Assembly (NCBI GenBank): GCA_002898395.1
Contig: BEHE01000010.1
Location: forward strand, 8,092 to 72,091
Direction: 5' to 3'
DNA length: 64,000 nt
Source of the DNA: Candidatus Calditenuaceae archaeon HR02
GTDB lineage: Archaea > Thermoproteota > Nitrososphaeria_A > Caldarchaeales > Calditenuaceae
Below are positions 39,512 to 48,101 of this stretch, piece after piece (the first letter of the stretch is position 1; every line of letters starts with the position of its first letter). A program made the position numbers and the translations under genes. A model generated the notes under the pieces. The model searched no databases, was not told where the DNA came from, and was given only the letters and a program-made list of their open reading frames with translations.

Positions 39512-39988
39512 CTAGATGTAGCGTGGGTGCCATTCTACACCTTCCCAGCTCACCAAACTCCTAGGAGTCACTCTAATCAGATATCGTGGCCGATTCAACG
39601 TGGGGGTAAGATATTCTGGTCCTCTCTCACCCAGATATCTCAGGGCCATCTTATTTGCGATCTCAACCCACCTGCCACCAACAATGGGCCCCTCAACTAT
39701 CTCTGCAAGCCCCTCCACAAGAACCCGTGTATAAGGTGGGTCGTCTCTGCTTATCTGTACCGCCACCCGCGGATCGTTCTTGATGTGTTCAACCCACACC
39801 GATTTTGCACGGGCGACAAAATAAAAATACGGCTCCTCGTAATAGAACCATGCAGGAACTATGTAAGGCGATCCATCCTTTTTTAAAGTCGCAATCCTAG
39901 CAATATATGGCTTTGCCAAAAACTGGGAAAGCTCCTCTTTAGTTAGACCACGCATCTTACCCATCCATTGGGGATACTTATCTCCCAT
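39512..39988 (-). CDS. PNPOx-like FMN-binding split-barrel protein
   Basis: 158 aa. A GSPYIVPAWFYYE pattern typical of pyridoxamine-5'-phosphate-oxidase-like/F420-binding split-barrel proteins. Confidence 0.45.
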   Translation of the reverse strand: MGDKYPQWMGKMRGLTKEELSQFLAKPYIARIATLKKDGSPYIVPAWFYYEEPYFYFVARAKSVWVEHIKNDPRVAVQISRDDPPYTRVLVEGLAEIVEGPIVGGRWVEIANKMALRYLGERGPEYLTPTLNRPRYLIRVTPRSLVSWEGVEWHPRYI

Positions 39989-40683
39989 CGAATATCATCT
40001 ATTCGGCTTTGTATATTAAAATTTCCTCTATAAGAGCAGGGTTATAACATCTTTAAGATACAAGCTCGTTTCTCAGCTATGTGGTCGAAAGAGTTTAATA
40101 TCTTGGTGCGCGGAGTTATGGGATAATTTTTATTGTAGAATTAATTACTTCAGAAACTATTCACGTGGTGAGATATATAAGAAGGGTGGATAATTGAAAC
40201 TAAGCGTAATACCGTGACATTTAAATGTATATAACTGGTTTTAAGAATCTTGCTCGGTACTGCCGAGTTAAGTCTGCCCATTCCTTGATCCATCTCTCAG
40301 ATATCTTGGGTTTGTAAGTAGAGAAGCACGTATTGAATTATTTTATCTTCCCATGACACAATCGAGGAGATGAGAAGATGCCGAAGACGTGTTAGAATGC
40401 CCCAGCTGGCCCCTCTCTAGACCGTTATTCTCCATTATCTTCGGGCCGCTGGCATAAGGAGAAAGGGAATGGAGTCCGATGCCAATGTCAGCTCGCTGGT
40501 CATGCTATTCGCGTTACTGGAAGAACCTCTTTATTGCGTCCTGATCTCTTCGCGGTGATCGATGTGGGTCAGTAGGTTGCAGGAGTCTGAGGAGGAATGG
40601 TCTTATGGGCCTTAATCCTATGTACTCCCTGCAGGAAGTGCGGGATTCGTCACGAGGGAGATTCTCCGAAGGTTCGGTAAGTC

Positions 40684-41340
40684 TCAGGAGAGGTAACCCT
40701 GCGTGGCTATGTAGCTCCTGACCATCCTCCTCACCCCCCTCCTGATCATGACGGAGAGCGATGCAGGTGATAATCCGAACTCCCTAGCTGCTTCGCGGAT
40801 GGAGACCTTTCTAGGGACGTCGAAGTAGCCCATCTCCAGTGTCCTCATTATCACGTTTAGCTGGGGGGACAAGATCTCGCTATGGCCCTCGAGCTCGACG
40901 CACTCGGTCAGCTCCGCTTCTTCTCCCCTCTCTCTCAACGCCTCTAATATCTTAGGGACCTCTCTATCCGTAGCGACGAATGTCCAGAACAGTTTCCCCT
41001 CCTTAACCCTGTACTCCCCTCTTTTCATCAGACACCTCTTTGCCACGACGCCGCACAAATCACACTTACTCGATCTCACCAGTCCTGAGACAGAGCTGTT
41101 CGGCTTGTTCGGTCTGACGAAGACAATTTCATCGACGTTCATCGACTTCTTGAGAATGCTCATTACCTTCGAGGACGTCATACTATTTCCTGTCTTTATG
41201 AGGAAGAGGTGTGTTATCGATCCGTCGTCGTTTTGGATGCAGTCCAGAATACTTATCGATTTCACACCACACCCCACGATATCTCTAGCCCATGCGGTCA
41301 GTGGGACTTTTAAAGCAACCGTGACCCTCTTTAAAGTCAA
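40684..41340 (-). CDS. HTH_10 (Bat/DmsR-like) transcriptional regulator with Cys-rich N-terminal domain
   Basis: C-terminal LEMGYFDVPRKVSIREAAREFGLSPASLSVMIRRGVRRMV matches the bacterio-opsin-activator HTH_10 domain. The N-terminal domain carries CDLCGVVAKRC (C-x2-C-x6-C). Confidence 0.55.
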   Translation of the reverse strand: MTLKRVTVALKVPLTAWARDIVGCGVKSISILDCIQNDDGSITHLFLIKTGNSMTSSKVMSILKKSMNVDEIVFVRPNKPNSSVSGLVRSSKCDLCGVVAKRCLMKRGEYRVKEGKLFWTFVATDREVPKILEALRERGEEAELTECVELEGHSEILSPQLNVIMRTLEMGYFDVPRKVSIREAAREFGLSPASLSVMIRRGVRRMVRSYIATQGYLS

Positions 41341-41459
41341 GGCTGACTCCTTTTAAAATAGCGGACCCTTGAAATATAACTTAATGTATTCAAGTGTGTG
41401 CGAATGCATACAAATGTATACAAGATCCTGGTGAAATGTGGTGTATAGGGGACTATCGG

Positions 41460-42284
41460 TCAGAGGTCGCCTTTGGAGAACGTGAGCATCGCTATTAAAG
41501 TGCAGGCGGTTCCGATGGCGATCTGGGAGCCGATAAGCACGGATGCCAGGGTTTCGCCGAACTCCCTCTGGATGAAGGCTCCGAACTCTCCTAGGAGCGA
41601 CATCGAGGGGTCGAAGGTCTTCACAATAACGAGCCTCGAGGCTTGGACGGGGTTGGCCAGCAAGAGGGGGGTGACGTCCAACGGACTTAGGTTGAGGAGG
41701 ATGACCGCCGCCATTAGGACGACCTCATAGACCATCACGAGGCCTATCCAGACTCCGAGGGAGAGGGCCAAGGCCGCGAACCTGCTCCTAACGAGGGAGG
41801 AGATCAGGAGACCTATGCCGGCAAAGGAGTAGGCCAGCACGATCGATGCCCACAGTATACTTAGGTAGATCAAGAGGTCTGTCTCGGAGACGAGGAGCCA
41901 TAGGAGCCAAGACGCGAGGCCGTAGCCCAAGACGATAGCAGCCGATATCGAGACTACATTTGATACTAGTCTGCTGAAGACTATCTCCCACCTTGAGGTC
42001 GGGAGCGAGAGCAGAAATTCCATCGTTCCCTTCTCCCTCTCCGATACTAGTGAGAGAGAAGAGGCTATGACCGCTGCTAATGGGACTGCATAAAGGTTCA
42101 GGTTGATGATCCCGGCTATTGCGGCGCTATAGGCCCTGAAGCCGACCTCTCCGAGGCCTAGGGCCCCTAGATAGGAGAAAGCCGAGCCTAATCCGGCGAA
42201 GGAGATTGAGAAGCCGTAGAGCCACCTGCTGCGGAGCGCGGAGATTAGGTCGCGCTTCAAAAGCAGAAGGACTGTAGCCTTCAT
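41460..42284 (-). CDS. nosY: ABC-2-type permease, NosY-like
   Basis: 274 aa, 6 TM segments, directly downstream of and 4-nt overlapping with the nosF-like ATPase in the nos cluster. Confidence 0.55.
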   Translation of the reverse strand: MKATVLLLLKRDLISALRSRWLYGFSISFAGLGSAFSYLGALGLGEVGFRAYSAAIAGIINLNLYAVPLAAVIASSLSLVSEREKGTMEFLLSLPTSRWEIVFSRLVSNVVSISAAIVLGYGLASWLLWLLVSETDLLIYLSILWASIVLAYSFAGIGLLISSLVRSRFAALALSLGVWIGLVMVYEVVLMAAVILLNLSPLDVTPLLLANPVQASRLVIVKTFDPSMSLLGEFGAFIQREFGETLASVLIGSQIAIGTACTLIAMLTFSKGDL

Positions 42285-43105
42285 CCTCCCACGAACTTCA
42301 ACAGCTCCTCAGCATCAGGCTCCTCTATCCACGCATTCCGGAGATCCTTTCCACTCTCCTGAAGCTCTGTAAGGGTAGCGAAGAGGTCCTCGGTCCTGTA
42401 TGTGGTCCAGCCATTATCACTCTTCACATGTACCTTGTAGACCGGTCTCAGGGTCCTCAGCACGTCCTCTGAATGGTAGACGCCTACCATTCTCCCCTCC
42501 TTCAGGACCACTATCTTCTCGAAGGCCGTGATCAGGCCGCTGATGTTGTGAATGCTTACGATCAGACTCTTCCCCCCTCTCATCATCTCCCTCATCATAT
42601 CGTGAACCGTGTTCCTCATCATGGGGTCGAGGTTGTTGAATGGCTCGTCCATGATTATCAGTCTAGGGTTTCCAATCAGTGAGAGCGCGATGGCGAGCCT
42701 CTGGCGTAGGCCGCCCGAGAGTGACCCGACCGGGCTGTTGACGGTGTCCATCAGCCCGAAAGGGCTGAGGGTCTCCTCCAGCGTGATGTCGACCCCCTTC
42801 ATGTCGGATACGAAGTCAACGAGGTCGTAGACCGTCATCTCCTCGGGGAACCTGACCTGCTGAGGAACGTACCCGACCATTCTCCTGACATCCTTCCCCT
42901 TCTTCCTGACATCGAGACCCATTACCATCACTTCGCCCTCGAAGTCGATTAAACCCAAGATGCATCTTAGGAGTGTGGTCTTGCCGGCACCGTTAGCACC
43001 CATTACCAGCACTGATTCCTTGAGCCCGAGCTCGAGGTAGATCGAATCCAGAGCCACGTTCTCTCTGAAGCGCTTCGTCAGGTTCCTGACCTCTATCGCC
43101 TTCAT
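42281..43105 (-). CDS. nosF: ABC ATPase NosF-like
   Basis: Walker A GANGAGKTT, signature LSGGLRQR and Walker B IIMDEPF. Position between nosD and nosY. Confidence 0.7.
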   Translation of the reverse strand: MKAIEVRNLTKRFRENVALDSIYLELGLKESVLVMGANGAGKTTLLRCILGLIDFEGEVMVMGLDVRKKGKDVRRMVGYVPQQVRFPEEMTVYDLVDFVSDMKGVDITLEETLSPFGLMDTVNSPVGSLSGGLRQRLAIALSLIGNPRLIIMDEPFNNLDPMMRNTVHDMMREMMRGGKSLIVSIHNISGLITAFEKIVVLKEGRMVGVYHSEDVLRTLRPVYKVHVKSDNGWTTYRTEDLFATLTELQESGKDLRNAWIEEPDAEELLKFVGG

Positions 43106-44427
43106 CGCCGGCTCGCCGCGATGGCGGCAGCCACGGGTGGGAGCGTTAGCGCTAAAGCAGCAGCTAGCCAGACTGATGACCCTGCATTGACTGTTGGTCT
43201 GAGGGCATTGGGTGACTTGGCTGGGAACTCGTCAATCGCCTTGACGGAGGATCCGAGCCCGCTTAGCGACCTAGAGGTCTTGATTGCTGAGAATCCAGGT
43301 CCGTAGGCGAAGGCCCAGAGCACCGGCCATCTATCTAAGAGATCTTCGACCGTCGACTTGGCGAGGTACTTCTCGCCGATCTGGAGGCCTCTATCGCTCC
43401 AGAAGTTCCTCATCCAAAGGCTCGTGGCCGAGGGCGTTAGGAGAGATATCTGCTGGGCGTTCTCGACTAGGTCGTTCCTCTCGAAGACCGCCGAAGCCCA
43501 GCCGTCAAATCGTACCCCAACGTTATTGAAGGCTATGACGTTCATCCTGAAGCGAAGGCCACCCTCCCTAGGATATGGGGAGTTGACTACGTGGAGGCCT
43601 ACCGCGTTGCCGACGACCAAGTTGCGCTCGAGATAGACATCGGACGACTCCCTAATGAATATCCCCTCGCTGACCGCAAGGCCTCTATTCTCCCTAACGG
43701 TGTTGTTGGTGACCATCAATCTGAATGAGTACATCAACGCCATGCCCACTAGGTTCCCACGTATCACATTCCGATCGATGACATGGCGCGCCGAGTACAT
43801 CAGGTGTATCCCATATCTTGAGCCGAATATCTCATTCGCCATCACTGTGACATTATATGAGTGGTCTGAGTAGACGCCGTCCTTGACGTTCTCAATCCTG
43901 TTCTCTGAGACCCCAACCCCTACCGAGTACCAAAGGTAAACTCCATGTCCCCTATCGTTGACCGATCTCTCGGGGAAGCTCGTCAGGTGGTTTTTGGTGA
44001 CCTTCACGTCCGTAGAGTTGACGACGTAAATTGCGTGGATCACGTTCTCTATCCGGTTACCAGTAATTGTGACGTTCCTGCTGTTGACGATCTTAATTCC
44101 AGCAGGCTCGAACGCCACATCGGGAAAGGAGTTTATGATCCTGAAGCCCTCGAAGATGACGTCATCCGCCTTGATAACGACCACATCACCAGACCCTTTT
44201 CCGTCTACCACAACGTCACCCGCCCCCTTGAGCGCAAGTGGCTTCCATATCCTTATGGGTCCCGCGTAGATTCCCGGCGGAGCCGGTATCGTCGAGTAAG
44301 GTTCGGCGGAATCGATTAGCGATTGGAGATCGGAGATCTGGTGTTTTTCTGGGTAAGCCATGTCGGGAGCGGACTGGACAAGCAAAAAGGTCGTTAAGGA
44401 TATGAGAAGGAATATTGTGTGTAGCAT
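43102..44427 (-). CDS. nosD: NosD-like periplasmic right-handed beta-helix protein
   Basis: 441 aa. N-terminal signal, and repeated about 22-aa units (N-x-I/V-x-x-N...GI.L...) typical of the NosD/CASH beta-helix. Context between nosL and nosF. Confidence 0.65.
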   Translation of the reverse strand: MLHTIFLLISLTTFLLVQSAPDMAYPEKHQISDLQSLIDSAEPYSTIPAPPGIYAGPIRIWKPLALKGAGDVVVDGKGSGDVVVIKADDVIFEGFRIINSFPDVAFEPAGIKIVNSRNVTITGNRIENVIHAIYVVNSTDVKVTKNHLTSFPERSVNDRGHGVYLWYSVGVGVSENRIENVKDGVYSDHSYNVTVMANEIFGSRYGIHLMYSARHVIDRNVIRGNLVGMALMYSFRLMVTNNTVRENRGLAVSEGIFIRESSDVYLERNLVVGNAVGLHVVNSPYPREGGLRFRMNVIAFNNVGVRFDGWASAVFERNDLVENAQQISLLTPSATSLWMRNFWSDRGLQIGEKYLAKSTVEDLLDRWPVLWAFAYGPGFSAIKTSRSLSGLGSSVKAIDEFPAKSPNALRPTVNAGSSVWLAAALALTLPPVAAAIAASRR

Positions 44428-44431
44428 CGCA

Positions 44432-45034
44432 TCAGCTCGCTTTCCTTAAGGTCACTAAACCGATGGCGATGGCGGCCATCATGAGACCGATTGAGAGCCC
44501 GAAGTAGCTGCGGACCGTAATGTTTGCTATCCTATACTCTCCCAAGAACGGGGGGTCGAAGGGCTCTATCTTGATCGGTGCGTCTGGATGAATCGTGTGC
44601 GTGAACCTGTAGAGCCATATGTAGACGAAAGTGAAGAGGCTGATCACCAATGCTGCCAGAAGGATGAGCAAGACCGGCGCCGACTTCCTCCGTCTGGTTG
44701 AGACGGAGAAGCTGTAGGCTGCAGTCACAGCGATCACAGAGGCGTAGAAGTATGGCAGATAAGATATCTCAGGTACGTGTTCGTTGCCGATCATGCTGAG
44801 CCCAACGTAGTGGTTTATGACGTTGACGTCGTTCACAGCTCCCTGTATGCCGCTGAGTGGATAGATGGTGACCTCAGGCCACTTCTGTCCGAAAAACGGG
44901 GCGTTGAATTGGAAGTGCCAGAGGGGGAAGAAGATAGACATGGCTACGAGAAGAAGCGGTACAGCTGAGGCCGCTGCAAGGATGAATCCGCGCTTTTGCA
45001 TGCACATCACCGGAACCTGCTGAGCATGGACCAA
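44432..45034 (-). CDS. hypothetical membrane protein embedded in nos operon
   Basis: 200 aa, about 4 TM helices with a large extracytoplasmic loop (HYVGLSMIGNEHVPEISYLPYFY). No family recognised. Translationally coupled within the operon. Confidence 0.4.
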   Translation of the reverse strand: MVHAQQVPVMCMQKRGFILAAASAVPLLLVAMSIFFPLWHFQFNAPFFGQKWPEVTIYPLSGIQGAVNDVNVINHYVGLSMIGNEHVPEISYLPYFYASVIAVTAAYSFSVSTRRRKSAPVLLILLAALVISLFTFVYIWLYRFTHTIHPDAPIKIEPFDPPFLGEYRIANITVRSYFGLSIGLMMAAIAIGLVTLRKAS

Positions 45035-45489
45035 AAGTCCATCACCTCTCCTTGAAACCTCTCGGCCAGGTTTTCGGCCTCCCCTCGCGACCCAACGGCC
45101 ACCACGCCGTAGCTCATGGGCGTCCAGAGGTTCTTGGGGTCAGCTAGGACGTAGTAAGCTCTTTGCGCATCCAGTTCCTCCTTCGAGATGTAGTCGAAGA
45201 CCCTGGCATCGGCTACAGTTTTACCGGCAGATAATAGGTCGTTGTAATCGCTCGCGAAGCAGCCTACGTCGTCGTAGAAGCGCCATCTTTGCTCGCCTTG
45301 GAGAAGTAGTCCAGCCGCGAACTCGAGCCTGCTGATGAACATCCCACACCTCCTGCATCTGTCCTCACCCAACCTGATCTGAAGACGTGGAGCCACACCT
45401 ATACGCCACTGCAGCGCGATCGCGGCTGCGGCGCCCACCACGGCGACCCCACCTAGCGCAATAAGAAAGGCCCTGCGCTTCATGCTCAC
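45007..45489 (-). CDS. nosL: NosL-like copper chaperone lipoprotein
   Basis: 160 aa. N-terminal signal, and a CRRCGM motif (C-x2-C-x-M) typical of the NosL Cu(I) site. Position next to nosD. Confidence 0.5.
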   Translation of the reverse strand: MSMKRRAFLIALGGVAVVGAAAAIALQWRIGVAPRLQIRLGEDRCRRCGMFISRLEFAAGLLLQGEQRWRFYDDVGCFASDYNDLLSAGKTVADARVFDYISKEELDAQRAYYVLADPKNLWTPMSYGVVAVGSRGEAENLAERFQGEVMDFWSMLSRFR

Positions 45490-45953
45490 GGCAGTACGTT
45501 GATCACGGCTCCCTTATGCGGGTGAAGTGTGCAGTAGATGTTGTACTCGCCTGGGGTCCTGAAGGTGTACCTGAAACTCGCACCAGGATTGATGGGACCA
45601 GAATCGAAATCCGCCGGCGCCTTCCCCTTCATAGTAGTGAAGGTGTGCGGGGTCTCATCCTCGTTGACGTATTCGATGGTGTCCCCCACGTTGAGCGTCA
45701 CTCTGCTGGGGTTGTAGTACTTGTCGCTTATGGTCGGTGGATCTCCAAGCTTCCACCCCTCCGGGGGGAGATATGAGCCTTTCTGGCTGACGATCCTAAC
45801 TACCTTACCCTGCCTCGGCGCTGCACCCCCTCCCAGCATACCTGAAGCGAAGATGGCTCCAACCACTGCTGCCACCACGATTACCACCACAACAGCAGCA
45901 ACGAGAGTCCTGCCCGCCAATCCAACCACCTCAAAGATAATTGGGTTGGGCAC
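45486..45953 (-). CDS. membrane-anchored type-1 copper (cupredoxin) protein, probable electron donor to NosZ
   Basis: 155 aa. N-terminal TM anchor. Cupredoxin ligand pattern H(ETPHTF)...YNIYCTLHPH, but the usual axial Met after the second His is absent. Confidence 0.55.
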   Translation of the reverse strand: MPNPIIFEVVGLAGRTLVAAVVVVIVVAAVVGAIFASGMLGGGAAPRQGKVVRIVSQKGSYLPPEGWKLGDPPTISDKYYNPSRVTLNVGDTIEYVNEDETPHTFTTMKGKAPADFDSGPINPGASFRYTFRTPGEYNIYCTLHPHKGAVINVLP

Positions 45954-45976
45954 GTTATAAATGCGTGGTTAACGTG

Positions 45977-48028
45977 TTAATCGGGCTCAACCTCAAGCCA
46001 CCCAGCCATCTCTAGGTGTAGTGGCGAGCAGAACTCGACGCAGTAGAAGCAGAACACGCCTGACACGTCTGCGACGAACTCTACTGTAGTTGTCTCGCCG
46101 GGCTCGACGCTGGCCATCACGTTATACTCGCTGACAGCGAACGCGTGGGTTGCGTCCTTCGTCGTCTCCACGTTCGTCAGGTGTATCCTCACCAGATCGC
46201 CCTGCTTCACCCTGATGATGTCGGGCGTGATCGTGCTCCTAATGAGGGTGGCGTAAACCTCGGTCACCCACTTCCCATTCTCCTGCTTCCTCTCGATCCT
46301 CTCCTGGCCCTTCTTAATGGCGTACGGGCTGACCTCGAAGGTCTCGGGATCGAACCCCACCGGCGAGTAGACCTCCCACGGCTTCAGCTTCGTCGTGAGG
46401 ATCATCTTGGCGTAGTGTGGCTCGCCGATTCCGATCGGCATGTCGTAAAGGAGCTCCATCTTGTCTCCGGAGATGTCGATCAGCTGGAAGTTCTGCGGCA
46501 GCAGCGGCCCCACGTCAACGAACCTGTCAACCGACCACTTGTTCAGGGCGATGAGGTACTTCCCCTTCGGCGAAGGCGAGTTGCTCTCAGTGGTGCAGAT
46601 GTGTCCGACGTTGTAGTGGATGGGTATCTCGCCGATTTTAGTGAAGGGCTTGTCTCCGGTATAGTCCGGAGGCCCGAGCGTGTACTGGTCCACGGTGTTC
46701 CCGATGAAGCAGCTCACGTACCCGCGCCCCTTGTCGTCGAACTCGTTGTGCAGGGGGCCGAGGCTCGTCTCGATCTGCGCCGCCTTGACGTCCTCGAACC
46801 TGAGGACCGGTACGCCGTACCTGTCAGTCCCCGCGAACCTCTGGTTCCTGATGGCGTCCTTGATCTTCTCGACGTCGTAGATCGTCACCGCTGGCGCCAG
46901 CTTCCCTCCTATAACGACGTACCTGCCGCTGGGAGAGATGTCGCAGCCGTGCGGACTCTTGGGCTCAGGAGCGAAAAAGAGGACGCCCTCCTTGGCAGCC
47001 ACATCGAGCGGCACCGCCTTAATCCCGTTCATCTCGACGTACTTACCCTGCCTGACCAGCTCCTCAGCCCTCTTCCAGTTGATGATGTGGAGGTAGTCGA
47101 AGTCGTTCTTGGAGGCACCGACCTCCAGCGACGGCTTACCCTCCAGAACGCCCCCTATGTGGAGCTCCGTGTTGATGGAGTTCATGAAGGCCCAGCCGTC
47201 GCTCGGCCCCCATCCGACGACCTCAAGGTCCTGCATGTACGGCGGAAGCTCGATCTGGAAGCTCCTGCTCAGGTCGAACCTACCGGTCTTCCTGTCAAAG
47301 GCGATGAAGTTGGCTGTACCCCTGAAGAACTCCTCGAAGTTCTTCTCGGTGAGCTTGATGTAAGTCTTCCCGGGCTTATATCCCTTGCCCGGCTCCCATG
47401 GCGCTGGGAACTGGCTGCCACATGCCACGTACTCGGTGTTCGGCGTCGCGCATGCTCCTCCGTGCTGGGTCTGGGTGTTAGGGAGCTTCACGATGTCCTT
47501 CGTCTCGAAGTCCCTGAGGCTGATCGAAGCTATTCGGGCGTTGAGCTTGTCGCCGATGAAGGCCCACTCGCCGTCGTACTCCGCATTCGTCCTGCTGATC
47601 TCCGGATGGTGCGTGTCGCCCAGCGTCAGGAGTCTGATGCCGTTAGATCCCTTGTAGAGGAGCTTCATTGTCTTGACGTCTCCGTATCCGTAACCCTGCC
47701 AGGGCTCGGGCGTGAAGACCGCGATGACCTTGAGGAGCCTCATCGAGGGTACGCCTATCACTAGGACCTGACCCGAGTGGCCGCCCGAGGAGATCATGAG
47801 GAACTCGTCCTTCCATCCTCCAGGGACGTATGTCTTCAGGGCGGCCCTAGCGTGGATCAGTTCGAGCTTCCTCTGCTCGATTATTTCGACGAGCTCCTTC
47901 CCTAGCGGGGGTGCCGTCGGCGTGAGGAGTCTTCCCCCCGTGAAGCCGGCCGCGGCCCCGGCCACTAGTCCGGCACTGAGAACTGATAGGAACTTCCTCC
48001 GGCTGCTGTTAGACTTAACTACGCCCAA
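45977..48028 (-). CDS. nosZ: nitrous-oxide reductase NosZ (TAT-dependent, clade I type)
   Basis: 683 aa. Twin-arginine signal SRRKFLSVLSAGLVAGAAAG. Beta-propeller His ligands. C-terminal CuA motif H...CFYCVEFCSPLHLEM. TTG start preceded by a GGTGA Shine-Dalgarno. Confidence 0.85.
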   Translation of the reverse strand: MGVVKSNSSRRKFLSVLSAGLVAGAAAGFTGGRLLTPTAPPLGKELVEIIEQRKLELIHARAALKTYVPGGWKDEFLMISSGGHSGQVLVIGVPSMRLLKVIAVFTPEPWQGYGYGDVKTMKLLYKGSNGIRLLTLGDTHHPEISRTNAEYDGEWAFIGDKLNARIASISLRDFETKDIVKLPNTQTQHGGACATPNTEYVACGSQFPAPWEPGKGYKPGKTYIKLTEKNFEEFFRGTANFIAFDRKTGRFDLSRSFQIELPPYMQDLEVVGWGPSDGWAFMNSINTELHIGGVLEGKPSLEVGASKNDFDYLHIINWKRAEELVRQGKYVEMNGIKAVPLDVAAKEGVLFFAPEPKSPHGCDISPSGRYVVIGGKLAPAVTIYDVEKIKDAIRNQRFAGTDRYGVPVLRFEDVKAAQIETSLGPLHNEFDDKGRGYVSCFIGNTVDQYTLGPPDYTGDKPFTKIGEIPIHYNVGHICTTESNSPSPKGKYLIALNKWSVDRFVDVGPLLPQNFQLIDISGDKMELLYDMPIGIGEPHYAKMILTTKLKPWEVYSPVGFDPETFEVSPYAIKKGQERIERKQENGKWVTEVYATLIRSTITPDIIRVKQGDLVRIHLTNVETTKDATHAFAVSEYNVMASVEPGETTTVEFVADVSGVFCFYCVEFCSPLHLEMAGWLEVEPD

Positions 48029-48077
48029 CCTTCACCACATCCTTCCAACATTATCGATTTAGCGGATAAAGAAAAGT

Positions 48078-48101
48078 ATGTGTTTAACATGTTAGACACA
48101 T
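48078..48101. promoter_or_regulatory. 24-bp near-perfect palindrome ATGTGTtTAACATGTTAgACACAT about 60 nt upstream of nosZ start; candidate operator/activator site
   Basis: 11 of 12 symmetric pairs are complementary. It lies upstream of a TTTATC TATA-like element in the nosZ promoter region. Confidence 0.5.

Noticed and set aside
40380-40680. GC-richer 300 bp of the long gap considered as a second structured RNA
   Set aside because: Only short, isolated palindromes were found (for example CCGAAGGTTCGG), with no extended nested helices or GNRA loops comparable to the 53.9-kb element.
46145-47764. 539-aa ORF on the + strand fully inside nosZ (antisense)
   Set aside because: Arg/Leu/Val/Pro-rich low-complexity translation typical of the antisense frame of a GC-rich gene. 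nosZ on the minus strand has unmistakable motifs. No independent start or promoter context.
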